Below, piece by piece: positions 37,370-49,352 of a stretch of DNA of 64,000 nt. The translations under genes were made by a program, and so were the position numbers. The notes beneath the pieces were generated by a model. The model was not told the origin of the DNA and ran no database searches. It saw nothing but the letters and a program-made list of their open reading frames with translations. The first letter of the stretch is position 1. Each line of letters starts with the position of its first letter. Origin of the DNA: Phoronis australis (lineage: Eukaryota > Animalia > Phoronida); contig NMRA01000034.1 in assembly GCA_002633005.1 (NCBI GenBank), forward strand, positions 1,100,783-1,164,782. Direction: 5' to 3'.

Positions 37370-37551
37370 TCACAACTTTGTGTCCATGGTATCCAGAGAA
37401 TCAACCAACACATTCTCAAGTTTCTCTGCTTTTATATCTTCAGAGGTCCTTGACTCGTCCGACTCTGTTTGGTCATTAACACAGAATCCATCAAATGTCG
37501 GACAGAAAGGAATAAAACGCAGAATCTTAATCTGCTTTAAAGTCTTCATTC
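37370..37551 (-). CDS. SLC23 last coding exon
   Basis: [20 protein letters not shown]...MDTKL*. Confidence 0.88.
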
Positions 37552-40500
37552 CTGGAATACAATAACTCTTTGACACATTAATAGGTTCACATAACGAGTC
37601 TAACAGCAAAACATACAAGTACGTCCTACACGCCAGTTTCGACTCTTTTGAATGCTGTCCAGCAGTGGAGTTTAAAAATCCCCGAGTCTATGTAATGTCT
37701 ACAATGTCTGAAACTGAGTTTACAGCACTGGCGGATCTAAAATATCGCAAGGGACCCGACCAAAATGACGCTTCTGGCAACGCCGGTAACTGAATAGCGA
37801 GTGGTTAGTTCAGGGATACACTTTGTGTATGAACTTGTGTCAGAAAGATGGAACTAGAAGAGCTCTCATTTGAACACGTTTGAAAGAACAAAAGTGGCAA
37901 AAACACTTAACGTACGTACAGCGGGAAGAACAGATGCTCTTGGTAGTTCAACGGTAAGGCCCAACACCAATACGTAAAAACAGCACTATTTGATTTATTT
38001 TCTGTTCTGTGAGGACATTGATAGTTGTGGCGTTATAGTGGTACTGATAACAATGGAGCCCGTGGTCCACGTGTTCGCAAAACATGAGTGGTGGTGAAAG
38101 TGGTGAGGTATATGACAACGTTGTCAATAAACGGATCATGGAATGCTCTTTGTAAACTAGGTGAAGGTGGATGATGGTGGTCATCGTCCAAGAGCACCAA
38201 ATCCAACAGATCGTAGCCTGTCATTTTCTTGTTGACTAGAGCGCCATACGCGAGCATGAAACTGTTACCTCATTGGTAACTAACACGATCGTGTTTAACG
38301 TATAGGCGAAGCTCCCTGTAATGGCGAAGCGCATAGTGATGATGATTCTAATGGTGGAGATGATAAGGTTCATTGTGGTGATGGTGATGGTAATACAAGT
38401 GGTGACCAGGTGGTGATGAAGCTAAAAGTATTAGCACGTGATAATCACGACGGTGAAAATAATGTTATGTCAATTGACAACCTTACCAAAAGGCATATCA
38501 TATACTTTGAGACTCTTCTTTTGCTCCTGGCGCTCTTCGTCTGTTGTGGCATTCAACACAGCTCGCCACTGGGCAATTCCTCGTTCTTCGTCAGTTCCTA
38601 AAACATCAGAGTACTACTTTGTAAACTTATTACGTAACAGAAAGTTCCGTAATTATAGACCGTAAAAAATCTCATTCTAAACTATACGACTAGCTACAAA
38701 CAGTGTTGTTGCAAACATTCGAAACTGAAAAAGCGCCACGTCTGGATTTATGTCATACCGTATAGAAGCAAATGGCCGCCACAGCATCTTGAAACATTTC
38801 AGCGGAGCTTGTTTAGTCGTACATGTGAAATGGAAGAGTGAAGTAGCTGTAAATAGTTTGGAAAGACATACGAATGTACCTGTATATGGTAATACGTAGA
38901 TTTTGTTGTGGTGTGTCAAAACCCGTAATATTCTAAACCGTAGCGAGATGCGGGTGCGGGACGATCCCGTCAAAAGTAGGAAAATGCGCCTGTGTACAGG
39001 AATCAGATGGAAAATTAGCTCAATCGACATTGCAAATGAGAATTTTTTCTGAGTTAATTTTTCCGACTTCGATCCTGTGCATTTTTGTAAAAGCAAAGTA
39101 CACGTTTTTGAAGTCGGTTGTAAAACCTACAATCTTGACAACAAAACAACTAACCTGGCATAGTATTATCCAAAAGAAATCCAGTAAATCCTCCGACAAA
39201 CATACTGGTACTTAACAACACTTTGAATATCTGGTCCAGGACAGCATTCCCTATTGAAGCAAACGATAAATAACCAGAACATCGTCAATTGACCATGAAG
39301 TGGAATGTATCATTACTAAAATGGTTGTCGCAAAATGTTGTTTTTTAGTCAAGTTGTGTGTGATTCCCCGACTTAGAAAGATTTGCAGTTCATTATAGTG
39401 TGAGTGCGGGCTTTACAAGTTGACTTTTCGCGGCATGATGTTTCTTGAAGAGGACTGTCTATTCTGTGAATGACCAAAAATCGACTTAATTTTTATTTTT
39501 ATGTCATAGGAAAACACGATGTTCAACACAATAAAGCATAAATATAATGGCATTTTTGGGGGTAGGAGTCGAAACGCAAGGCCTACCGGTACTAAAAATC
39601 CAGAAAAGTCCACGTAATAAAACATTACAACCAGAGATACAAATAAAACTGATAAAATATGAAATTGACACCCCAGAACGAAATTAATAAATTTCAATAG
39701 AAATTAGTGGCAGATAGGTTATCCACAACCCACTATTATGCATGTTGGTATGCTCACCCGTATCAATGGCACCACTGTTGACAGGGTTGGAGATCCACAA
39801 AGGCAAGGTAAGTCCAATGAATATCGAAAAACCGACGATGAAGAGGTTCCTGGACGAATTCAAATCCACGAATTGTAAATTCGATAAACCAACTGACGCG
39901 ACCATGCCTTGAATGTAAAGAATCTTTTTGAAGACGTTGTCTGTAGTTACGACATATGTACTGTTTGAGACATTGGAAGCGTTGCATATCACATAAATCT
40001 TGAAAGTTACGTGACCAATCTTATTACCAGTCGCGGTTGTAAGATTTCAGACAAGTAATTCATATAACTATCACGATCGACTGAACTTGTGGTTTCGAAC
40101 TCAACATAAAATGTTAAGGACTCACCAAAAGTGACAACAAAAACTCCCCCAATGACTGGGTCGGGAATCGTTACAAACAGAGCACCGAATTTACCGACCA
40201 ATGCCAACAGAATCGCAATGAAAGCGCCAACCTGCACCACCCTGCGACTGCCGACCTTAAAATAATCAAAAGATCATTTTCTCACTACAACGCCTAAACA
40301 ACAATATCATAAATAGAAAACCCTATACTCGTCTCTGAGGTTTATGACATTGGCAAATCCTCTTGGAAATTTCGTCAAAATCCCTAAGCTTGCAATGATG
40401 TGAATGTGAAGTATGTTGAAAATTGTCAAATGTTTTTAATAACGAGTTATGTATTGAAAACGATCCGTTGTAAATCACTCAACTATGTCCAATACTGTAC

Positions 40501-43500
40501 GAATAGTGACGTGGTGTTGGAGAATAGCACTGCATGATGCGGTTTATGTGAGCCCCCAAGGTACGTCATTAGTGCAAAGGTCACCTACTTGTAGAATTTT
40601 TTTGTTTTCACATTTACAAGTTGTCAGTGAATACAACTGCACTTTGTTCAGCGTAGATGGTGTTCAAACAGATTTTTAGCTCAGATCCTGCTATACATTA
40701 GAATAGTTAGGGGCATGCAAATACATCTTTAATTGGTCGTTTCTGTGTTAAAAATCTGTGTTGAAACCTCGGCGTTGTGAGCCCCAAGTCTACTTGCTCT
40801 CGTCAGGGCCAGTGGTGAACCCGTACCAGCTGAGGGTGGCAAATGCACTGATTTCACGAAATAAACGGAACAATTTTGGACCAAGCTATGGAATCATGGA
40901 AAATTGCTATCAATTTAATGTGTGGAAGTCACCACACACTTTGAAACTAAATTAACTGAATTATTGTCTGACTATGGCAACGTCGCGGGCGATTTGCCGA
41001 AGGATAATTCCTAGGTCGTCGCCAAACGCAGCATGAAGTCGCATTGGCGAACGCTGCAGATCGCCATATCGAGCATTGAATCGACTGCACCTGAAACGTT
41101 CTTGCTGGTCAAACAGTTGTCATATTTCTTGCTCACCACCATACTTTTTACTTGTGCTGCCGCTTTCTGACATCCAAACATTCAGACGAGCTGACCGTCA
41201 CGCGACCTCGTTATATTAAATCAGGGTCGTGGAGGATTCAAACGACTATGGTGACATGGAGGATGCACGTGAAATACTAAATCACGGAATTGAAGGAGGG
41301 TTAAGCAGTGAATAGGAAGGCTTCAGCATTTGAAGATGGTGGTGGTGGCGATGGTGGTGGTGGCGATGGTGGTGGTGGTGATGAAAGCTTACCTTTGTAA
41401 TTCCAATCATTCCGATATTCTGAGAGTACGAAGTCGTTCCATTACCGGTTCCCCAAGCACCAGCCAGAAAGCAACCAAGGCCTTCCGTACCTATACCTTC
41501 AGTAGAAGAATTTGAAAGTTTTAATGGCACTTGGAAAAATATATGGCATTAAAAATCAGATGTACATGAAACGACAAACAAGTGATGCTAACCTTTTCAT
41601 CCAAATATCCTACATGAATAGCACTTTGGGCTGACGATCCTTGGTCAAATTGCTTATCATTCACTATTTTAATTATAGAGGATCCAATGGTTACATTTTC
41701 AGAAGGCGTTTTTGGTCACTTTGACTCATGGTTTCTCACGATAGATTTGAACCATTTTAGTTAGCATGCATTAGCATGAAATAACTGTCCAAAATCCTAT
41801 GTTGAAAAGAGATTGGGCAACGTGACCAGTTCGCTTGCCGCGAAATTGGCCGCAATCGTCAAACACACCATACAGTTGTAGGCAATTGCATCGCCTGTAG
41901 ACGCCATAGACTACTGACATTGTCGTTCTCTAGTTAATTAGACCCTTGCAGTGGCGGATCTAGGATACCATAAGGGGGGGGCAAGATGTTGCCTTGGAGA
42001 ATTGGGCAAAGCGCGATTGTATTCACAGGCGGCCCAAAACTTGCGGGGGCTGGCGAAGTGGACTGTCAAATTCTACCGGAGGACTAAAAAAAATGGGAAC
42101 ACGATTCCGCTGCGCCCTCTTCACGCTATTGCTGCTGTTTATTTTCCTTGCATCCGCCTATGCCTTCATAAGCACACCGGGGACGACATACAATGGTTTT
42201 TTAAATTTCAAAGATTTTAAATAGCATTGGTCGTGAAAAGTACACGTGGTTATAGGTCTTTCAATTTTTGAGCTACAACCTATAACTTTGGAACAATGTT
42301 GCCAGTCTTCAGCTCTTCATTAATTCTGCACTTTGTGGAACATAACTGGGCGAATTACTAAACCACCAGGTAGCAGTTGGAAATTGAGGTAAGCCAAGTG
42401 CCGTCGTACATTTTTGGCATGTCAGCTGGTGCGAGTAAACTTTGTTCATTTGCATGTGAATTTTCCAGATAAAAATGTTAGAAACAGGTAACCAATTCAT
42501 CACATCAGCAATTCGATCAGTGTTTGCATTGAGTGCTGACTATCACACAACGTCAAACTAGAGAACTGTTGTATCGTTTGATTAAAAATCAACTAACTCG
42601 GCTCAACATATCATTATGAGTAAGTAAAACATGGCAAGGTGGCCAAACGTATCAAAAGCATTTCCTTTCAACCCAACCTGGTACTGTGGCGTCAAATTAC
42701 GAACAAAACTCGTAGTAGAACTTTTTGTTTTGCCACGTGGAGCCATAAAATAAAAGCATGTGGCAACACTAACGCTCATGTGACAACCTGATTTTTTCCG
42801 GAGTAAATCTTACGGTTTCCATCCAACACTCGAGGACATAAAACCTATGCGTCTTGTATTTAACTACACACAGAAAGCCCTTGGTGTAAACAATTACTAC
42901 GGTATACCTCTGTTGACAGCGTGTACTGGAGGTGGCGGTGCTCCTGACAGGCGCGCACAAGCAAAGTAGTCTCCAACTGATTCGATCATAGATGCCAGGA
43001 CACCTGCCAACATACCGAAAACTCCGGCAACTGTCACCGTCGGTGTACCCCATTGGCCAGGGTAAGGGAAGCGAATCCACGCGGCGTCTGTCAAAACAGA
43101 CAGACGGGTGTCAGTGCGCGCTTTGTAACCCCATTCCGCTTTGTCTTCAGGAAGGACACCTGCCGCTGTAAGTATCGCACAAATGGGCCACATCACGGCT
43201 ACGGCTAGGATTACCTGAAATTATAAATCTTAACTGCTTTGGACCGCGACAGATTTGACCCCCCCAAATAAAAAAAACAAAATCAGAATATGAGTGACAA
43301 AGCTTTGAGGTAAGCGTTTGGATTGAGAGCAGGCTTCAAATGAATTTGGAAACGGCTAATTGAATTAAAAAATCGGTCAATTTTTGTTCCAGTCGTCGTT
43401 AAAGAAGACCCCATTTCAACGCTCTGTCCTAAAGTAACTGGCTGCTCAGTTTTTAACTTGTAACAGCTTTCGCAATGCCTACCGTGTCGCGTCGCTTCAA

Positions 43501-46500
43501 TATACTCACAGGGAACAGTTTGAAGATTGGTAACCTGACGTTTTTTCCACATGGAACACCAATGTTCTTCAAATACTGAGAGAAGAGTGTTATCACAACC
43601 ATTGTTCTGCAAAGACGATCCGTTAAAATTCGTAGCATGAAAGTGAAATTCGGGTGTTAGTGACTCTCTGAAATTACATGTTGATGCCTTTGACAGATGT
43701 TTTGGTCAAGTTACTTCAACTGTTATGCCAAAAACGAGTCAAATGGTGCGTTTCTCAAAGTTCCCTACTCAGGTATTAGGACTGTCCCGGATTACACAGC
43801 GACACTTGAATCTCGCTGTATTTACCCACAATGCCGTTAACTTCCTTCAGATGCATTTCTTGCCTCGTTTTTGCGCCATTGGATTTTTTCATGTTATTTA
43901 CTGTTGTCTGATTCTTTTCAAGTTTTTCTCGGCTGCATTATTCTATTGGTCTTTCCAATGGGATCGAAGTATTAGAGTTGTGCTGTGGGCTGCACCTCCG
44001 ACGTGAGAAAGTTTGATAAACTTGACAAACATCCGTGAATGCATGACGTGAAATTTTTCGTCTTCTTGACATCAATGAGATGCACGAAAATGTGCCTGAT
44101 TTGCAAAACGAGGTCACACGCTTTCTTATCTCCGAGACAAAAAAGAGCTCTATCGCCGTGTAATCCGGGATGGCCCTGTAAGACGCAAGTTTACTTTGAT
44201 GAAAGATCTCAATCTAGTGGTTTCACAAATAACTCATCTCCATGCAACATGCAAAGCGGTCCACCCTACTTAAGAAGCAGTCGAAACTGTATGTGAACTA
44301 TCCTTACTGAGCCAGTAGCTTTCGAGAAAATTCCTGAGAATAGAACAAGACTCCACTATACAAATTTCGCAGCTAACACATGTTGGCTCATAGGGTTTAT
44401 CAGGCGATTTGGAACATCAGTTGTAAGGTCCGTTGTAGTGAACAAATTTTATCGTTCAAACAACGAGTTTTATAGTCCCCCAAAGGAATTACTATATTGT
44501 TACTACACTGGTTCAGTGTTTGATTTATCTTAACAATTGACAGTAAGTTTCCATACGTCAATGCGATCCACCAATGACCAGAGCAGAAGTTGGCAGCGGG
44601 AACAAATAAGGCCAGTCCAATTAGCGTAATGGTTGGAGTAATAGTCAGAGGTCCAATGTAGCGCAGCAGGAAGCCGATGACACCAGAAAACCCGATAACT
44701 ACTTCGAACAGCGACGATAACATGATCGCTCCTTGAAGCTGAAACCACAAGATCACCCGATGAGTCGACAGAATGCTAAAGGATATACGGAAGTCAAATC
44801 GACGTTTATACAATATCTGACGAAAATTCCTTCAGTTGACACATTGGTGGATCACAAAAGAAGCTCTGACGACAAATTGGATAACAGCTTACGGGGAACA
44901 TGTCGTTTTATAAAGCTCAATTAAAACTGTATTTTACTATACTATTCTACTTCACAAAATCCACATAGTAAAACGTTTGCCTAGCATGTAATAAAGCATT
45001 TGCCAGAAAGCGATTGCAAACGACCCGCTTTGGTCGCCATCTTTAAAAGATGGCCAGAAGTCATAGGCTAACTCTAAGGGAAATGTCTCTTCAGTACTCT
45101 ATACTCTTCTGACCAACCTCTCTGAGCCTCGACTGCCAGACAGCCTTATGTTCATCAGATCCAGTTACCAACACCGTGCCGTTTGCAGTCAGTTCCAACC
45201 CATCACACAGTGAGCTCACGTTTCCAATAAAACCAAAACTTTTGTTGATCCCTAAACATATAAAAAATTCAACTGTTTATGGTGGTGCGAGACCATATCA
45301 ACGGGGTTGAGCAATATTTACAAAACTGTTGAATTTAATCATGAATTCAATTTAAAAACGTGAAATGTTCATATTTAACATTATACCAACCTGTCATTAA
45401 TTGGATTGTGTGATTCTGTTTTGCAGTAAAATTTAGTAAAAAGAAAGTACATTCATAGCCTAACAACGATATCAATAAAATATTCAAAACTTTATTTGAT
45501 ATATAATGTTCAAGATGGAATCTCAAACAGATGTTTCAATTTATTATTCGATTACGGCTCCGAGTCGGACATCAAATAAGTGAAACAAGTAAAGGAGAAT
45601 GCCACCCGATTTAATTCGTTTTTTTACCGTCTTAATCGATCTATATCCACATCACCTCGTTTTCAGTCGATCTCACCTCACCGAGAGGTGTCGCGTTAAC
45701 ATTTGAGGAAGGTGAGTACACGACGCAGTGACTTCAGTGGTTCTTCAGCTGAGTGCGTGTCGAAATGCGTGTGTCGTATGGAACAATGAAACTGCGAGGA
45801 AAGCGGGTATATCGTTTTTTCGATTTCATCGAGAACCCAAAATGTTTCGGAAGTGGCTCGCGTAAAGAATTAAAAGTACGCCGTTGATACCAAATATAAA
45901 ACCGTGAAGTATCTTCATTGTTCTGTTTCAAAGTAATTTATTCTCAACTAACCAATGTTTATATAAAACTGACACAAAGTGTCTAAGTCTGTCTCAGTAG
46001 AAACAATTTTCAGTTAGATGTTGTCGATTAAAAAATGTGTGTGCTGAAAATATTCAAAGGTTAGCAAAATCACCCAAATAATTCAAAACCAATCCAAAGT
46101 GGTAAAAACATAGGTTCGAACCATATTTACCGCTTTGACATTCAAGATATAATTTAATCAATTCACGAACATTCTCTTACATGAATAAGGCATTACGATT
46201 AAAAGCTTTGCTGAAAGTTGCTAAACGATTTTGTTATACTGTGTGAAGGCTTAATAAACGTACCGCATCTTGGAGACAAGAGTTTCGGGCAACCTGGCTC
46301 CATGGTAGACAGAATTGCAAACGCGGGGGCGACAAAAGAAAACGACCCTCCTTGAACGATTGGCAGTCTAAAACAGAACGCAAAATCTAAAGCGCAGGTG
46401 CATAGCCTTGGAATGTCCAGAACAGCATTTCAAATTGCGTCTTATACCAATTACTTGTTGATTTCGCAGAGGTATATGTAGTACATGTACATATATCAAA

Positions 46501-47451
46501 GAAATAGTTTGGGGCTTACAAAAGTGTAAGGCAAAAACATATTTCATTTGAAACTCAAATTTTGAATGAAAAAAGTCATGTAACATTTATTGAACGTGCC
46601 TTTCGTCCAGTTTACCTGAACATTTTGAAGACACCAATGGCTATCAATTACACAACCGTTCTATCCGACTTAGGAATAACATTGTAAAACTTGCTCAGTA
46701 ATTGGAAATCCACGGTTTAGAACATATTAAACAGACAATGAATTGCACTAAATATTATAAACATTACCTACAACCAAAGGTAGTTTGAATCAAAGTTACT
46801 ACTCCTGATACAAAGAAGATGGTAGAAATGAGCTCGCTTTTGCCTATGTTATCTTCACCCACACACATGGGTGGTGCCAGAAGCAGAGGCACGCTCAATA
46901 ACGCTCCAAACATAGTCAGGTAGTGCTGAAATGACCAAGGACAGTAGCTTGACAACAGATTTAGAACATTCGCAAGATTTTTTCTGACTTTTTGTCTGTT
47001 GAAGAATTTCTGAAAGTGTTATGTTAAATTCTTGCAACGTGTTTGCTTAAAGATAATAACATGTTGACCTACTTTTAAGAGCTTTAAAAAGTCCATAGAT
47101 CACGAGACGAAGTCGCTGCAGAGCATTCAAGTAATCAGTGGGTTTGTTTTTTTACTATACCACAGTCTTCGACACTTATAAACAATAAATGTGAACAGGG
47201 CTGGTCAAAGTAGTGAATACAAATTGAACACGAACATATAACTAATTAATTTCAGTTTCATGAAGTCTCCTCACCTGAAATCCCAGCAGAATGCACATGT
47301 GCCACGGTGGACAATCCTCCACTCCATATTGCAAATCGTTGAGGGCCAAGGACTTTTGTTTGACAACATGATTCTCAAGTTCTGTCGTTGGCAACTCGAT
47401 TTCTCGTTGTTTCGCTGAAGTCGAATGATAGTCATCTTGTTGTTTATGTTT
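37370..47451 (-). CDS. SLC23/NAT (NCS2) nucleobase-ascorbate transporter, multi-exon, 5' end not located
   Basis: Exons (5'->3'): 47275-47451, 46768-46925, 46264-46367, 45118-45251, 44557-44738, 43510-43606, 42908-43214, 41393-41496, 40126-40255, 39758-39907, 39155-39250, 38487-38597, 37370-37551. All GT-AG, phases compatible, 643 aa. Motifs: [94 protein letters not shown]. Confidence 0.93.
38487..38597 (-). CDS. SLC23 exon
   Basis: [11 protein letters not shown]...YDMPF. Confidence 0.9.
39155..39250 (-). CDS. SLC23 exon
   Basis: [17 protein letters not shown]...LDNTMP. Confidence 0.9.
39758..39907 (-). CDS. SLC23 exon
   Basis: [22 protein letters not shown]. Confidence 0.92.
40126..40255 (-). 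CDS. SLC23 exon
   Basis: [11 protein letters not shown]...IPDPVIGG. Confidence 0.92.
41335..41383. repeat. (TGG)n microsatellite in an SLC23 intron
   Basis: gatggtggtggtggcgatggtggtgg... Confidence 0.85.
41393..41496 (-). CDS. SLC23 exon (NAT signature)
   Basis: [35 protein letters not shown]. Confidence 0.92.
42908..43214 (-). CDS. SLC23 exon
   Basis: VILAVAVMW...ARTD...[25 protein letters not shown]. Confidence 0.92.
43510..43606 (-). CDS. SLC23 exon
   Basis: [14 protein letters not shown]...IFKLFP. Confidence 0.9.
44557..44738 (-). CDS. SLC23 exon
   Basis: [19 protein letters not shown]...HWWIAL. Confidence 0.9.
45118..45251 (-). CDS. SLC23 exon (extracellular loop)
   Basis: INKSFG...[12 protein letters not shown]. 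Confidence 0.82.
46264..46367 (-). CDS. SLC23 exon
   Basis: [20 protein letters not shown]. Confidence 0.88.
46768..46925 (-). CDS. SLC23 exon
   Basis: HYLTMFG...LIQTTFGC(R). Confidence 0.9.
47275..47451 (-). CDS. SLC23 exon
   Basis: ...[20 protein letters not shown]; AG/GT. Confidence 0.85.
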
Positions 47452-47699
47452 CTGTAAGTACCACAGGTCTCAAATTGATTTAATGATTGCCTTAAAGTTT
47501 GAAACTGTGAGTAAATGCAATGGTCTTAGTCGTCGATGTCCCATAGAATGGGTCTATGGTTTCTTTTAGCGCCTCCTAGCGGTATTGTTTCTAAATGACC
47601 TTAAGCAAAATTCGGATGATTTCCTCAACAGTTCTGCTCTAGCTTTTGAAATGCATTATGGGGCTGTTGTCGGGAATAGTACGCCATTTGTTTCCAGTG

Positions 47700-48165
47700 T
47701 ACGTACGAATACACTGCGGCCTGACATCATTCTGTGGTCGGATATTCATCAATGTTTCGTGATTATAGAGCTTACGGTGCCTTGGGAGGAAGGATGCGAA
47801 GAGGCCCATGAGAGGAAGTTATCTAAGTATAGCAATTGGCGGAGACATGCAGAGCTCGAGGCTGGCGAACTTGGTTGTTTCCTGTAGAGGTGGGATGTAG
47901 AGGATTTTCTGCAAGATCTGTATGGTGGTTGCTGGAGAAGCTAGGTGTGCGAAGAAAGCTGCAGTGAGAAGACTGGGTGAGACAGCTGAGAGGACATCTT
48001 GTTAGCTGTGGTACCGTCGGAATGAAGGAAGTTGGAGGCCTCAGTGATGCACAGTGGGTTGGCCGCCACTGTGGACCCACCTGTGGAGACCGTTATGGTT
48101 TAGGGTCGAAACGAGTCAAGGAAGCTAGATGTCATCTGACGACATCAAGCAACGCCTCCAACTAG
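47700..48165 (+). mobile_element. 5'-truncated RLE-type non-LTR retrotransposon (HERO-like): endonuclease C-terminus plus 3' UTR, inactive
   Basis: TLRPDIILWS...IIELTVPWEEGCEEAHERKLSKY, frameshift, then LAETCRARGWRTWLFPVEVGCRGF; PD-(D/E)xK-type restriction-like endonuclease; a premature stop downstream. Confidence 0.8.
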
Positions 48166-48565
48166 TTAGTGTACGGCGGGTAGAAGAGAATCCAGGGCCC
48201 GGTCTCCAATCTCCGTACTCAGACTCGAATCATGCTCAAACTCACACTTCATACTCAACTCGAGTACAGACTCAGCTTTGGTGTATTCAATGTCATACTC
48301 GAAAAATCTGTACTCGAAATTTCGAGCACGTACTCAGTTTTCGAGTGTACTCGAACTGAAGTGTATCTCATCTATATTTCGAGTACGATTTTGAGTAAAA
48401 ATTTGGAGTCTATGCTCAAATTTCAAGTTTGGTATGGCAGTGTGCTTGAAATCGTACTCGAAAATAAATACGAGCCAGAGAACAAAATATCNATTTTGCT
48501 TGCGGCACCCAAGGGGGAGCGGGCCCGCTGCCCCTCTCTAAATCCGCCTATGGGTATAAGCAATA

Positions 48566-49352
48566 GACATCTTAAAGTCCTGGTCTCACACGTTGTTAAC
48601 CCTTATTACATGGTTAGAGGATGTTATAAGGATCTAAGAAGTACCTACCCCATAACTAATGCACAATCCGTAATCGAATAAAGCTTAAATAAACGCGCCA
48701 CTCACGATTCGCACCCGATGACACACCGCCATTTTGAAGTTACCGCGAAGCCAGAAGTACAATTCATCCGGGAACCCAGGCTAAGAAAACGCTGTCAGTG
48801 CGACTGGAGCAGTGCCTGTTACCAGCCTGCAAACTGGGATAAAATAATCGACAGCGCGCCTTCATTTTAATGAAATCAAAATACGGACAATTTTATCAAA
48901 TTTGCTGAAGAAATGTGGCGAATAAATTTTGACAGAAATTATTTTGCCGGACTCCAGACCGCAGCCTATCGGACCCGGTGCGGATTGAGACAATGGCGAA
49001 CGGTAAAGGCATTTTGCAAGCTGTTTTGTCCAAGTAAAATGTTCAAATCATAAATGTCGTATATATTCAAAGGTAGTTTCAGACACTTGCATAAAATTAC
49101 GGGCTGGTTAGTCCTGTGTCACACTGCCTGAACTGACGAGCCGGAAATTTTGTGGGTACGGAAATAACCGATGACAGCCGGTAATTATACGCTCACAGAG
49201 AAGGGTCAAATACTGTTAAAAATCGCTTTTGGTACGAAAGGCGAAAAGAATATAAAGAAAGGGTATAGAAAATAAGATTTTATTTAGTAGGTATTTTCGG
49301 ATACTGGAACCACATTGGCGTTTTGAGACAAGGACTTTAAATGTGATGTCTA
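48566..49352. mobile_element. Non-autonomous DNA transposon with TAGAC-type TIRs
   Basis: atagacatcttaaagtcctggtctca versus the reverse complement of tgagacaaggactttaaatgtgatgtctat; no TSD recognised. Confidence 0.55.

Noticed and set aside
41282-41392. Poly-His tail on the SLC23 ORF fragment
   Set aside because: Read-through into an intronic (CCA)n microsatellite past the donor at 41392.
48100-48150. Canonical hammerhead ribozyme
   Set aside because: GAAA and CUGAnGA are present but stem II does not pair; kept only as a structured-UTR lead.
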